Shown here one piece after another: positions 25,001 to 37,000 of a stretch of DNA of 60,000 nucleotides. The DNA is from Callorhinchus milii (taxonomy: Eukaryota). Made by a program: the position numbers and the translations under genes. Below the pieces are notes generated by a model. The model was not told where the DNA came from. It did no database searches and saw nothing but the letters and a program-made list of their open reading frames with translations. Position 1 is the stretch's first letter. Each line of letters starts with the position of its first letter. The DNA lies in NCBI RefSeq assembly GCF_018977255.1, contig NW_024704742.1:108502001-108562000 (forward strand). Direction: 5' to 3'.

Positions 25001-28000
25001 TGGTAATTTTAAAACCTCCCAGTGTGAAAATTGTCAAAAAGAATTTGATTTAAAATCGGTTTTTGACAAATCAGAAAAACATGAAGTAATGAAAGTGGCA
25101 ATATTATTGTCCAACAAAAATCTGAAAAAATAAAATAACTAGTTGATTAACTTTAACTAATCAAAGTTAAAATTAAAATTAAAGTTAAAATAACTTTAAC
25201 ACTAACTGTAGTGAACAACGTAGGCATGAATCAGAATCTTTGTAAATGCCAGTAAAAGATCATTGCACCACCGGCTAATGTAACCGGTGTAATTCAACCA
25301 AAAGCGAAAAGCAGGACTCTTGGGAAACATGCTTTGTGATTTTAAAACAGGGGACTGTTACTGGGTGCTGACTGCTATTGGAGGGAATAGTAAATTTGCT
25401 GTGCAACATTTTGATTGGATGCTTAAGGCAGAAATAGATTTGTGGCGTCCTGTAGCTCAGTGGTCAGAGAACTCGCCTCGCAAGCTTGGGTTCGATTCCC
25501 AACAGGGCAAAATGTTGGGCAAGTTTCTTTACTCCACATGCTTCTGTTTACCTTTCTTTCAAACAAAGATTAGATAGTTTTCTTTCAGGAAATAACATTA
25601 TGGGATATAGTACATAGGTAGTTTGGAACGTATGTGCAAGTGACTGCCTGATGGAAGATGGAAGACAAACTGGATGGACCTTGGTCTTTTTTCGTCCAGC
25701 ATTTCTTATGTTCTTATGTGCCTATCAGTAAGTAGGAACCCGGATGTTAATCGATTGGTGAATTGCTGTTCCTGGGGTAATAACTCCTTCAAAAAATAAT
25801 AATAAATTGGTCACTCAATCCATGATTGTTTGTGGGACACTGCTGTGCACAATTGGCTGCATTAAATGCAAGGATTATTATTATTATAGACAGATACTTG
25901 GGTAGCAGAGCTTGCCATTGGTAGCACTCTCTGGCAAGCTTTCCCACTGCTTGTCCAGCTAGGACCATTAAATCATTAGGGCTTTGGTTTACAGGGTTAA
26001 CAGGAGCTGAGTCGAAAGAGTCCTTGCGCTCAGTGACTGGTCTGCCTTTCCAAGTCCTGATGATGAGCCAGGCTGGAATACTGTGGACCTGGTGTTTCAG
26101 GAACTGGACTACAGAGACCACCACAGAGGCCTGGCTCGATTCGGACATTCATGACCAAACGTGACAAATGGAATGGATGAGCCACAGTGATGTACAGTAA
26201 ATACAGTATGATAATAATTATCCTTGCATTTGATATAGCGCTATTCACATCTTCTTGACGTCTCAAAGTGCTTCACAGAATATGCTTTAAAGTGAATTGA
26301 CCGTATATTTGTGGGCAAAACGCGGCAGCCAATTGCGCACAGCAGTGTCCCACAAACAGTCGTGGATTGAAAATGACCAATATATTATTGCTTTGTTTTT
26401 TGGAGGGATTATTATTGGGCGTGTGGAGTAAGGAAACTTGCCCAATGATACAATGATGCAGCTAGAAGCTGATAGTATAGTATAATACTATAATGTTGGA
26501 TAAGAATCATCTCAAAACCTTGCAGTATGTATGTCAGAGCTGTGTCTGATATACTTCTGGGGGTTTAAGAAATTGGCCACCAGGTGTCTCAGTGGTTCAG
26601 TATAGAGACTACTGCACACTGACACCCAGTGGTAGGAAATGGAATCACACCCACAACTGACACTGCAGTCTCCATCTCAATCAAATGGAAGTCAGGACTT
26701 CCTCACAGGAAGGAATAGTAATGTAGTAACAGTGAGAAGCTGCTGCTGCTGCCCACTCCTCACATCTGGTTCAGAGCAGCACTAGTGACGGGCTATTCCC
26801 AGGCTTCCCTTCCCAACTCTCAGCTTTTGACAAGTGTTGACAGGAGGATGGTCAAAGGAGATGTGAGAAACAACAACAACAACAACAACAACAACAGGAT
26901 TCCATTTATAAAGCGCCTTTCACGTCAGGAGGACGTCCCAAGGCGCTGAGAAAATAACTTACAAAGAAAACTAAATTGGCCTCCACCTACAGCAATCTTC
27001 ACATCTGACGGGGACATTATACCAGATTAAAAGCTTTTGATAGTAGTGGGATTGAAACCCATACCACCGAAGACACTGGAGCCTAAATCTATAGTCTTCT
27101 CTTTCTGGAGAAATTAAATACCAAACCCTTGTTCTTACCTTCAAGGCCATTCATGGTTATGCTCCCTCTACCTGTCCAACCTCATAACCCCATATCACCC
27201 TGGCACTCCCTCCACTCGGCAGACACTGGCCTGCTTCAGGACCCCCGCACTTCCCGTCCCACCATTGGTGGTCGGGCATACAGCATCTCTACCCCCACAC
27301 TCTGGAACTCTATACTGCAATCCCTCTGCTTCACCACCTCCTTCAAGTCCGGTCTGAAGACCTTCCTCTTCGACCGTCTCTTCGGCCATCCTCCCACACC
27401 CACCTTTGCTGCCCTCCTCTCCTTCTGATCCCAACTCCCAGCTCGGGACCAATACCCCTGACAGTCCAGCATCTTTCCAATGTGAAGGATGCTGTACAAG
27501 TGTAATTGTTGTTGTTCTGCCACTCAGCCACCTACCGCACCTATTACAGTAGTATATCATCACTGAATGTATAATTTACCTAACTTTATGCACCCACAAA
27601 AAGACAAAATTTACACTAGAAATTATATAAAAATATCCCTGAATGATTTTAAGAGCACTATGTAAGATCGGGTTGATTTATCAGCAATATGTATTCAAAC
27701 CTTGTTCTCATATATGTGACAATCTGATCCATCAAAAAAATTAATGACTAATAAACACTCAGCTATTCACTATTTTCTGTCTAAATGAACCAAACCCATC
27801 AATAAAACTAGGTATCAATTTCTCTATATAAGACATTTCAGCCCCTCAATGAGATTATTGGCTTAGGTTCACTCACAAACAGTCTTTGTTGTCTATATAA
27901 TATATCATCGATTACAAACTGAAGCCCAACATGGTGCTAGGATGATACTGGCAGCTGTCTGCATTTCACCACAAAGGAGAAGCTGAACTAACCTGATGGT

Positions 28001-31000
28001 GCCATTGGAATTCTTCCACTTATTGAATAAATCTAAAGCCTTTTGGAGGCAGGGAGGGTACTGCAGGTCACAGGCCATCTCCAGGAGGTTGGTGCGCAGC
28101 AGACGCTCTGACAGGGAGCCATCGTCACTCCAGGACTGCTTGTCAATCAGGTGTTTGAAAAACTCCAGAATATATCTCTGCAATATGATGGACATCACAC
28201 AAAGAGTCAGCCTGGGATTGTCTTACTTTCAATCAAATGGTCAGGGTACACAGTACAACTTGAATACAACCTTATCTGAAGGAAAAACACAAAGATTCCT
28301 TATGTTAAAGATTCACACCTGAAAACAGCCCATAATTAATTTTGTGTATCAGCTTGGCTCAATAGCTAGCATTCTCGCCTCTGAATCAGAAATTGTGGGT
28401 TCAAGCCTCATGTTGGGACTTGGAACTCATATAGTCTATGCTGACCTTTCAATGCAGTGTTGGGAATGTGCTGCATTATTGGAGATGCCGTCCCTTGAAT
28501 GGACATTAATTGAAGGCCCTCTCTCCCTGTTCAGGTGGATGTTAATGATTTCTTCTTTAAAAACGAGAAGAGAGGGAAGTTTCTCCCTCTATAATCCCTC
28601 AAATAAACTTCACTTAATGGCTGTTTGCTGAGCAGGGCTGCTGTATTTGCCCACAAAATACACAGTCCTACACTTTACAGTGTATCCTGTGAAGCACTTT
28701 GAGATTTCTTCCGAAATGTGAAAGGCAAATGTAATGAGTATTGTTGTTATTACTCTGACGTGTTTTGTCTTATTTTAATTTTTATTGTGATTTCTAATAG
28801 CCAATCCAGCATTTCCCTCTTCAAAAATATTACAGTCCTAAGATTGATTACCAGAACACTCCTCAGCCCCAACAGGTGTGACTGGCAGCAGGAAATCCAA
28901 TTCCTGCCAGCAGCAATATCACAGCAATGTCCAGCACTACAACCAGACCAAAGATTACATCCTTAGTCAACAAATGCAAGGTCTAGGTTAAGTGGAGATT
29001 GTTACCTTCAGATTTGTTGCAACATCAGGGATACTCCTTTTCTCAACCAATTTGTAAAATACCTCCAGATAAGCCAGACCCTGTAACACTGGCACAGTTT
29101 TGTTCTCGTGTCTCAGGTAACGGGTCAGGTCAAGAGCTCGATCAAGTGATAACTTTCCTGCACTAAAGAAAGCAAAAATGACACACAAATCAAGCTTTTC
29201 CACCTTCCCCCACTTCACTTTTATTTTACTCACCCCCCCCCACCTATCTTTTTACCATCTTATATCAAGAATCAGTCTCTGTTTGAAAAAAAGAATAGTG
29301 AGCGGTACACACACCTGAAACTACACCAGGGCTTATGAGCATCTCCACTGCGATGTACCACACTTTTATTTATCTTTCCCCTCCCCACTCCCCTTGGCTC
29401 CCAACTGCAGTGTTAATTGTTTTACGACGTCCTCCAAACACCAAAGATACATTGTCTGGTAATTGTATTGTACAATTCTGAGTTTCAGAAGTACTTAAGG
29501 TGTATTGGCTAGGGTATTAGGATAAACATTTGAAGAGGAACAACATAAAAACCTATGAGAAAACAGCAAATAACTGGAATTAAGAATCAATAGGTCTCAG
29601 TAGAATTGGATTAAAGTAACTCAATGACCTCCCAGGTAGTCACTTCTATGAATCTAACACTTTGATTGGGAATGTATATTCACAGAATAAGGTGATATTG
29701 ACTATCAGGTCAATAATGCTATTTATCTTGGCAATTCACAATACCTGACGAGTTGGAAAGCATTATGAATGAGGTGTGTTCGGTCCTTCATGCTCAGGAG
29801 GGTGTGATCCTGATCCAGTAGATTAACCAGTGCATCCCATCCACTGTGCTCATAGTGTACAATGTAATAGCCATTCATGTCCACGTTAAACTTCACCCAG
29901 TCAGCTTCTTTGTCCAGTTTAATAGTATCTGATTAACACAAGATCAGTGGGTTTAGTGACGTTCACCAACAAATGAAAACCTAAGAGTTTAGCTTCATCG
30001 GTTAGATTGGATTCTGAATTACACTCACACTACACCTGAATTCTGTTGTAAACATTAACAACGTCAATAATTTGCATTTATGTAGCACCCTTCATATCAG
30101 ATAATGTCTTGGAATGCTGTACAGTAGCCAGATTGGGCGCAGTTAAGAGGTAGGTTTTCAGGTGATTAAAAAATAGGTAAGGGAGGGTGTGGGTCAAAGA
30201 GGCTGAGGCAGGGAGTTCTAGAGATTATGAACGTTGTGGCTGAAGGCATGTACAGCCACTCATGGTGGCATGGAGAGATCAGGGGACTTGCAGACGTTGT
30301 GCTATGAAGGATATCACATTGCTACAAAGGCACTTGAAATAAATAGAGGGAAGAAGACTGAGATTTAAATAATTTCATATTGATACACATTTCTGTGAAG
30401 CGCTTTGCGACGTCTCGAAGACGTGATAAGGCTCTATAGCAAATGCGTAAACGTCAAATAACGATCATTATTATTTCATTAAATCTCATCAAGAAGAGCA
30501 GCCGCTCACACTCACATGAGCGCTCTGAGATGCCGTCCGGAGTGGAGGGCGCTATATAAATCCAAGTTGTTGTTGTTGAGTCTAGGTTCTGTCGGAAGTG
30601 TGTTTTCAGGATTTTCTTCACTTATGTTATAAATTTATTTTGTTGGTCAATCATAAAGTTTGTCTTAGACTGTCTTAGACTGTCTGTCCCAGCTAATTGA
30701 GCAAACAGATGGACAAGAGTAGCCTTGGATAGGGTCTGTCGTTGGTCTTTTTCCCTCTCTCATGGACCATCACCAAAGCTCTCCTCAATGGTACTCTGAC
30801 AGGACAACTAAACTAAGATACTATAGAGAACTGAGATACCATAGAGCACAGATGACCTAAGATACCATAGAGCACAGATGACCTAAGATACCATAGAGCA
30901 CAAATGACCTAAGATACTATAGAGCACAGATAACCTAAGATACTATCGAGCATAGATGACCTAAGATACTATAGAGCACAGATGAACTAAGATACTATGT

Positions 31001-34000
31001 AGCATAGATGAACTAAGATACTATGTAGCATAGATGAACTAAGATACTATATAGCATAGATGAACTAAGATACTATGTAGCATAGATGAACTAAGATACT
31101 ATGTAGCATAGATGAACTAAGATACTATATAGCATAGATGAACTAAGATACTATGTAGCAAAGATGACCTAAGATACTATAGAGCACAGATGAACTAAGA
31201 TACTATAGAGAACAGATGAACTAAGATACTATGTAGCATAGATGAACTAAGATACTATAGAGCACAGCTAATCTAAACTGGCGATGGCAGCACGTGACAC
31301 ATTGAATCTCTAATTCTGCAGTCCTTGACAACCATCTCTGCATCACACCTGGTGCCATGTGTATACTCCTCAATGTAGTGTGTACGAGATCTCTCACCTG
31401 ATTTTGTTTTCAGCAGATATCTGCCAATTCTGTCTGAGCTACTCGTGATGTAAGTTAGCGGGATGTGCCACAGATAGCTGCAAAAGATGAGGTAAAAATA
31501 TTTTTGATTCTGCAGGTGTTGCAGAAGGTGTTATAATGATCTATAAGCAAAACTCCGCCAAAAACAACACAGGAAAACAATCACAAGTGACCAATAACTA
31601 CCCAGACTGCAGTGACTCCCACACAGGGTCCTCTGGAAGGACACCCTTCAGGAAACGCTCCTGTCGTAGCCGGATTAAGCTCCCGCTGTGTTCAACAATG
31701 ATCACTGGCAGCCCTTTCTGAAGTGTCCAAGTATTCATAACCTCCTTGATGTCCAGATGTTCCTCTGTATAAAGATACTGAGGAAAATAAAGGCACAGAT
31801 TGCAGTTTTAATACTAAGCGCTTTCATACAAATGTATTTTATTCATTTGAAAAACATTGCAGATCAGTTATGGTCTACTACTGTTTGTAACTTAATCTGT
31901 TCTTAGAATCAGTAAAGTGGTGGCTAATGCAACCTTTTGAATCCACAGTATGTGTTAATGAATAAAAGAATGAACCAAAACTTACAGCGTTTTTAGCCGC
32001 TTGTGAAGTGCTGTAGCAGAATCCACCTGAAGTGAAGTTTACTTCTGTGCAAGTCTATTGGGAAGTAAGAATTTAATGGTTTAACACATGCTGAAACCAT
32101 AGATCTTCTCAGTACGTCTTTGTTTCCAAACCAAAAGAACTGAGTGAAGACAGCAAAGTTCCACCTTAATATGAGGCTCTGGGACAATGGAAATGTCAGG
32201 TCAAGATGTCTTGACAATTGTTCAAGGATGAATAATGTAGGATGTATGGGTTGATCAATATTCAATGCATTTCTCAAGTTTCGCTTTGGGGATTCAGAGG
32301 GAACCTCTGCTGAGTCTACTCTCAGTACATTATAGGATTTGGATAAAGTCTGTGGTAGAATGCATTCTGTTTGGTCTTTGAGAGAAGTAACCTTGGTTGT
32401 CTGAATAGATTTTACTTGTCCATACTTATATTAAAAAAATCCATCGTCTACTGTACTAAGTGGTTTGAAAAACTAAATTGAATCTTCTTTTAGCAACTGG
32501 TGAATTCCTCCAGGGAGAGAGTACACATTCATAGAAAATGTCCATGTGTAAGTGACATATATGCAGTATGTGGAATTCTTAGTGAGACACCTGATTGACC
32601 AAAACAAATGGTGTCAATAGACAATAATGGTGCTTTTCAAATGCAAAATCATTTTTGTTACAGAAAGGTAAAGCCTTACATTGGCCATGCTGTTCCACAG
32701 GTCCTCGTTCTTGGCATTCCCATAGCTGTATTTCCGCAGGTAAGAAACTAAGCCACTCTGGAAAACCTCCTCTGTTAGAAAATTCCTCAGCATGTGCAGA
32801 ATGCAAGCGCCCTACATTCAACAGTAGCAAAGGGTCAGTTACAACATGCAAAATCTGGAATTAATGAATTGTCCCCATTACTAAATAAAAAAGACAACCA
32901 AATAAGTAACAGACGAAGCATCAATGCTTATTCAAACCCTCTTTGAAAGACCAAACCTTGATGTACAGTAGTTTTACTGTAGCCATATGTAAATATTGGG
33001 CACATACTACCAACTAGAGAAACAGGGTTAGAGGTTAAGCATAACTTCTCCTCACATAAAGGCTTGGGATATTATCCCGATGTGAAAGACACTAATATAA
33101 CTGTAAATTTGTGTTGTACTGTATAAACACAATTCTATCAGGCATTATTAGCCTACTAAAGAATATATAAATTCTATCAAGTGGATGCCGCATTTTGCCC
33201 ACAAAGTATACAGTCAATTCACTTTACAGTATATTCTGTGAATTGCTAGGAGACTTTTCGAAGACGTGATAAGGAGCTATATCAAATGCAAAGACTATTA
33301 TTACCTTACACAGAGAGTAATTAAAGACTGGAATGGGTTACCAGGAGGCCTGTTTTAGAAACAGTTTAATGCTGTTATAGGAAGTTGGTAGGATGGGTAT
33401 TCTAGAAGGATGTGATCCAATAGGCCAAAGGGCCATTCAAACCTCTGTTTTGATTAGATTAGCCCAGGACTAGCTTTATGGTCTAGTTTCTATTAAATTT
33501 CCACTTACTTTCTCATAAGACATGGAGTCAAACATTTCCTGGATCTGAGTTGGACTTTCTGCTGCTGTGGATATGGCACGTGATGAATTCATGGAGTCGC
33601 TTCCCATTGCTCCAAAACATTTGTTCAAAAAGAAGTCATCCTGGGCAGATCAACATGAAAGAATATGTTAAATTGAGTCAAAGATCCTGTAGTTATTGAG
33701 CTACTGGTATTGAGAAGAATTTACTCACCACTTGTAGCTCTGGGTAGGTGGCACCAACAGAGACAAACTCCATGTACCGGGCAAAGCCTTCATTTAGCCA
33801 GATGTCATTCCACCACTCCATTGTCACCAGGTTACCAAACCACTGGAGGAAACAAACAATCATTAAGACACTGAAAAGTTTTCTTTAAATTAGCGAGGAT
33901 TGCAAATGGTCTTTAATTAAACTAAACTTTGAAAATTGCCACATATGTAGTAAGAAATTGAAGCAGACATAAAACCACCAGACACTGATCTCACAACTGT

Positions 34001-37000
34001 TTGCTTTTGTTGATTATTATAGCGCTGTGATTAATTACAATTGTAGTCAACTTTAACCTTTCACGTCTTCGAGACGTCTCAAAGCACTTCCAGAATGTAT
34101 TGTGAAGGGAAATGAGTATATATTGCGGGCAAAATGCAGCAGCCAATTGCACAAAGCAAACAGTGGATTGAGTGACATTTTTTTTTGAAGGGATTATAAC
34201 CCCAGATAAACGACTCACCAATCGATTAACAACCGAGTTCCTACTTACTGCTAGGTAAACAGAGGCGTGTGGAGTAAGGAAACTCGCCCAAAGTTTCGCC
34301 CTGCCTGGGAATGGAATCCGGGTCCTCTCGCTCGTGAGGCGAGTGCTCTAACCACTAAGCTATAATAATCCACCAGAATACAGCATTCCAGGATGGTATC
34401 CTGTATGAAAGTTGCTGTATAAGTGCAAGTTATTGTTATGGTATGGCTTCCACTGTAAGAGATGAAAATACCTGATGAGCCAGTTCATGCCCAATCACCA
34501 TAGTAATCCGCAGTTTATCCGATGCTGAGGAGGTCACTGAATCGTAGAGTAGAGCTGTCTCCCTATACGTGATCAAACCCCAGTTCTCCATGGCTCCTGA
34601 CTGGAAATCAGGAATCGCCACGAGGTCTAAAAGTACAATATTTCTTCTTTTATTTGTCATATCAACAAGGTCAATTTTCACAATATCATTGATATACAGT
34701 ACATTGCAACAAGATGAAATTAAATTGTTGACCTTTTAAAAGAACCTCATGATTGTATTATATCCCTTTCCCAGTAATAATAATCCTTGCATTTGATATA
34801 GAGCCTTGTCATGTCTTCTAGACGTCTCAAAGCACTTCACAGAAAATACTGTAAAGTGAATTGACTATATGTTTTGTGGGCGAAACGCAGCAGTCAATTG
34901 TGCCCAGGAGTGCACCACAAACAGTCATGGATTAAGGGACCAAATTATTATTTTTTTGAAGGGATTATTACCCCTGGATAAGCGATGCACTAATGGTCTA
35001 ACAACCGGGTTCCTACTTACTGCTTGGTAATCAGTGGCGTGTGGAGTAAGGAAACTTGCCCAACGTTTATGTTGATATTGCCATACCTTGCTTTGGGAGT
35101 GGGAAGTAGATATTGAAATAATGTTCATAAAACTCCAGTAGTTTCACCGCTGCTTCCAAAGCATAGTGAGTTTGGCTCCACTTGTCTGGAACAGCGTATA
35201 TGGACACCTATTAAGTGGGGTATAGACGTGTCAAAGTCCTTCACTTCAATGAGCAGGAAAGTGTACATTGCATCTCAGAACAGGCAATTGCTTACAACAT
35301 AGTTTCACACAAAAAAACCTCTTAAAACAACCAGCTTCAAAATTAAAGACTGATTAATGAATTTTCCCACATTCTTGACACTCTTAAATAGTGCATTAAT
35401 AGAGCAGATCTATACCTAGGTGGAATTTTACCCCATATAAATATTGAATATGAGGTACCTGGGTGTGCAGGGCACTGGATTGTCCCTCCTCCCAATTGAT
35501 ACCCCTAGTTAAAGATCCCATGGCATTCGTTCAGAGAAGAGCAGGAAGTTACTGTATTCTGGTCCCCTGGATAATATTATTTGTTGATACTTGTTCTTTT
35601 GGCATGTTTCGGGTCCCTATTAGCTGTCACACTTGACTATATCAACAGAATACATTGTATAGTAACTCAATGGGAAGCCTTTTGAAAGATATTGACCCAA
35701 TGAGTGGCTACGTAACAGTTATTCTGCTTAATTTTTTTTGAAATTTTATTTACTTGATGTGGCAGCAATGTTGTGTTCCATACACCCAGCCATACAGAGC
35801 AGGAACCAGGACAAGACACAGAGAGACAACTTTGGTGCAAAGCTCACCTTAATTCCTGTTGAAGTTATAGCACTAACAGATTTGAAGTCGCAGACAATAA
35901 ATGCCACCAGGTATGTGCTCATCCTCACACTCACAGCAAAATGGTCTTCAAAAAGCCCCTCCCCTATTGGTAAAGATTTAACCTGGAAGATATAAAAACA
36001 AAATATTCACTTATGAAGCAGAACATTTTTTTCAAATGAAACATTTACTTTCTCACTGTTTTTTCCAAAAAAAAGTTTTTTGTGAGTTTAAGACAAAACT
36101 TGTGGAGTCCTGTAGCTCAGTGGTTAGAGCACTCGCTTTGCAAGTGAGAGACCTGAGTTCAATTCCAGGCAGGGCGAAACCTTGGGCAAGTTTCCTTACT
36201 CCACACGCCTAATAATAATAATCCCTCCAAAAAACCAAAAACAATAATTAAATTGGTCATTTTCAATCTACGACTGCTTGTGGGACATTGCTGTGCGCAA
36301 TTGGCTGCCGCGTTCGCCCACAAATATAGTCAATTCACCTTACAGTGTGTTCTGTGAAGCGCTTTGGGACGTCCTCCCGACGTGAAAAGCGTTATATCAA
36401 ATGCAAGGATTATTATTATTATTATTATTATAAAACTTATTCACATCTGTGTTAGATGGTGTTAATTTAAAGTGAGGTGGAAATGAGGGTTAGAGTCTGA
36501 TAATAAGGCTTCCGTCACTGTGAGCTCAGACACAACCAGCTTTTTTTTATTTAATTCTTCACTCACTCACTCGCTCCCTCACTCGCTCCCTCCCTTCCTC
36601 CCTCTCTCATTCATAAAAGCCATCATAGAGACAGTGTATGAAAAGCCAGAGTTCTCCTCTTTTTACCCATTTGACAATAACGTGAAGTGGAAAGTTTGTC
36701 TGTAGTTGCAGGTCAGGCTAAACAATCCTACAATCATAAACAGTGAGGGTGTGACTGTCAAACAGAATGAAGACCACTTACCATGGGCATGTTGGACAGT
36801 GCAATGTATTGGCTGCCTCTCCTGATCTTGACTGAGAAGTTCGCTTTGAAAGACGGTTCATCAAAGCAAGGAAAGGCCATGCGTGCTGATGTAGGTTCAA
36901 AATCGGTAGAAGCAAGCAGTCTAGAAAGGGAAGACATTCATCAAAAGAAATTAGAGCAAGTTAAATGAATGTGAAATAAGCGAAGGGCAAGTTGCACATT

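Noticed and set aside
30815..31270. CRISPR-like array
   Set aside because: Units are contiguous with no unique spacers, there are no cas genes, and the context is a eukaryotic intron.
36102..36180. Functional tRNA genes at SINE heads
   Set aside because: Each head runs on into a common SINE body and tail with TSDs; no proper acceptor stem or terminator.
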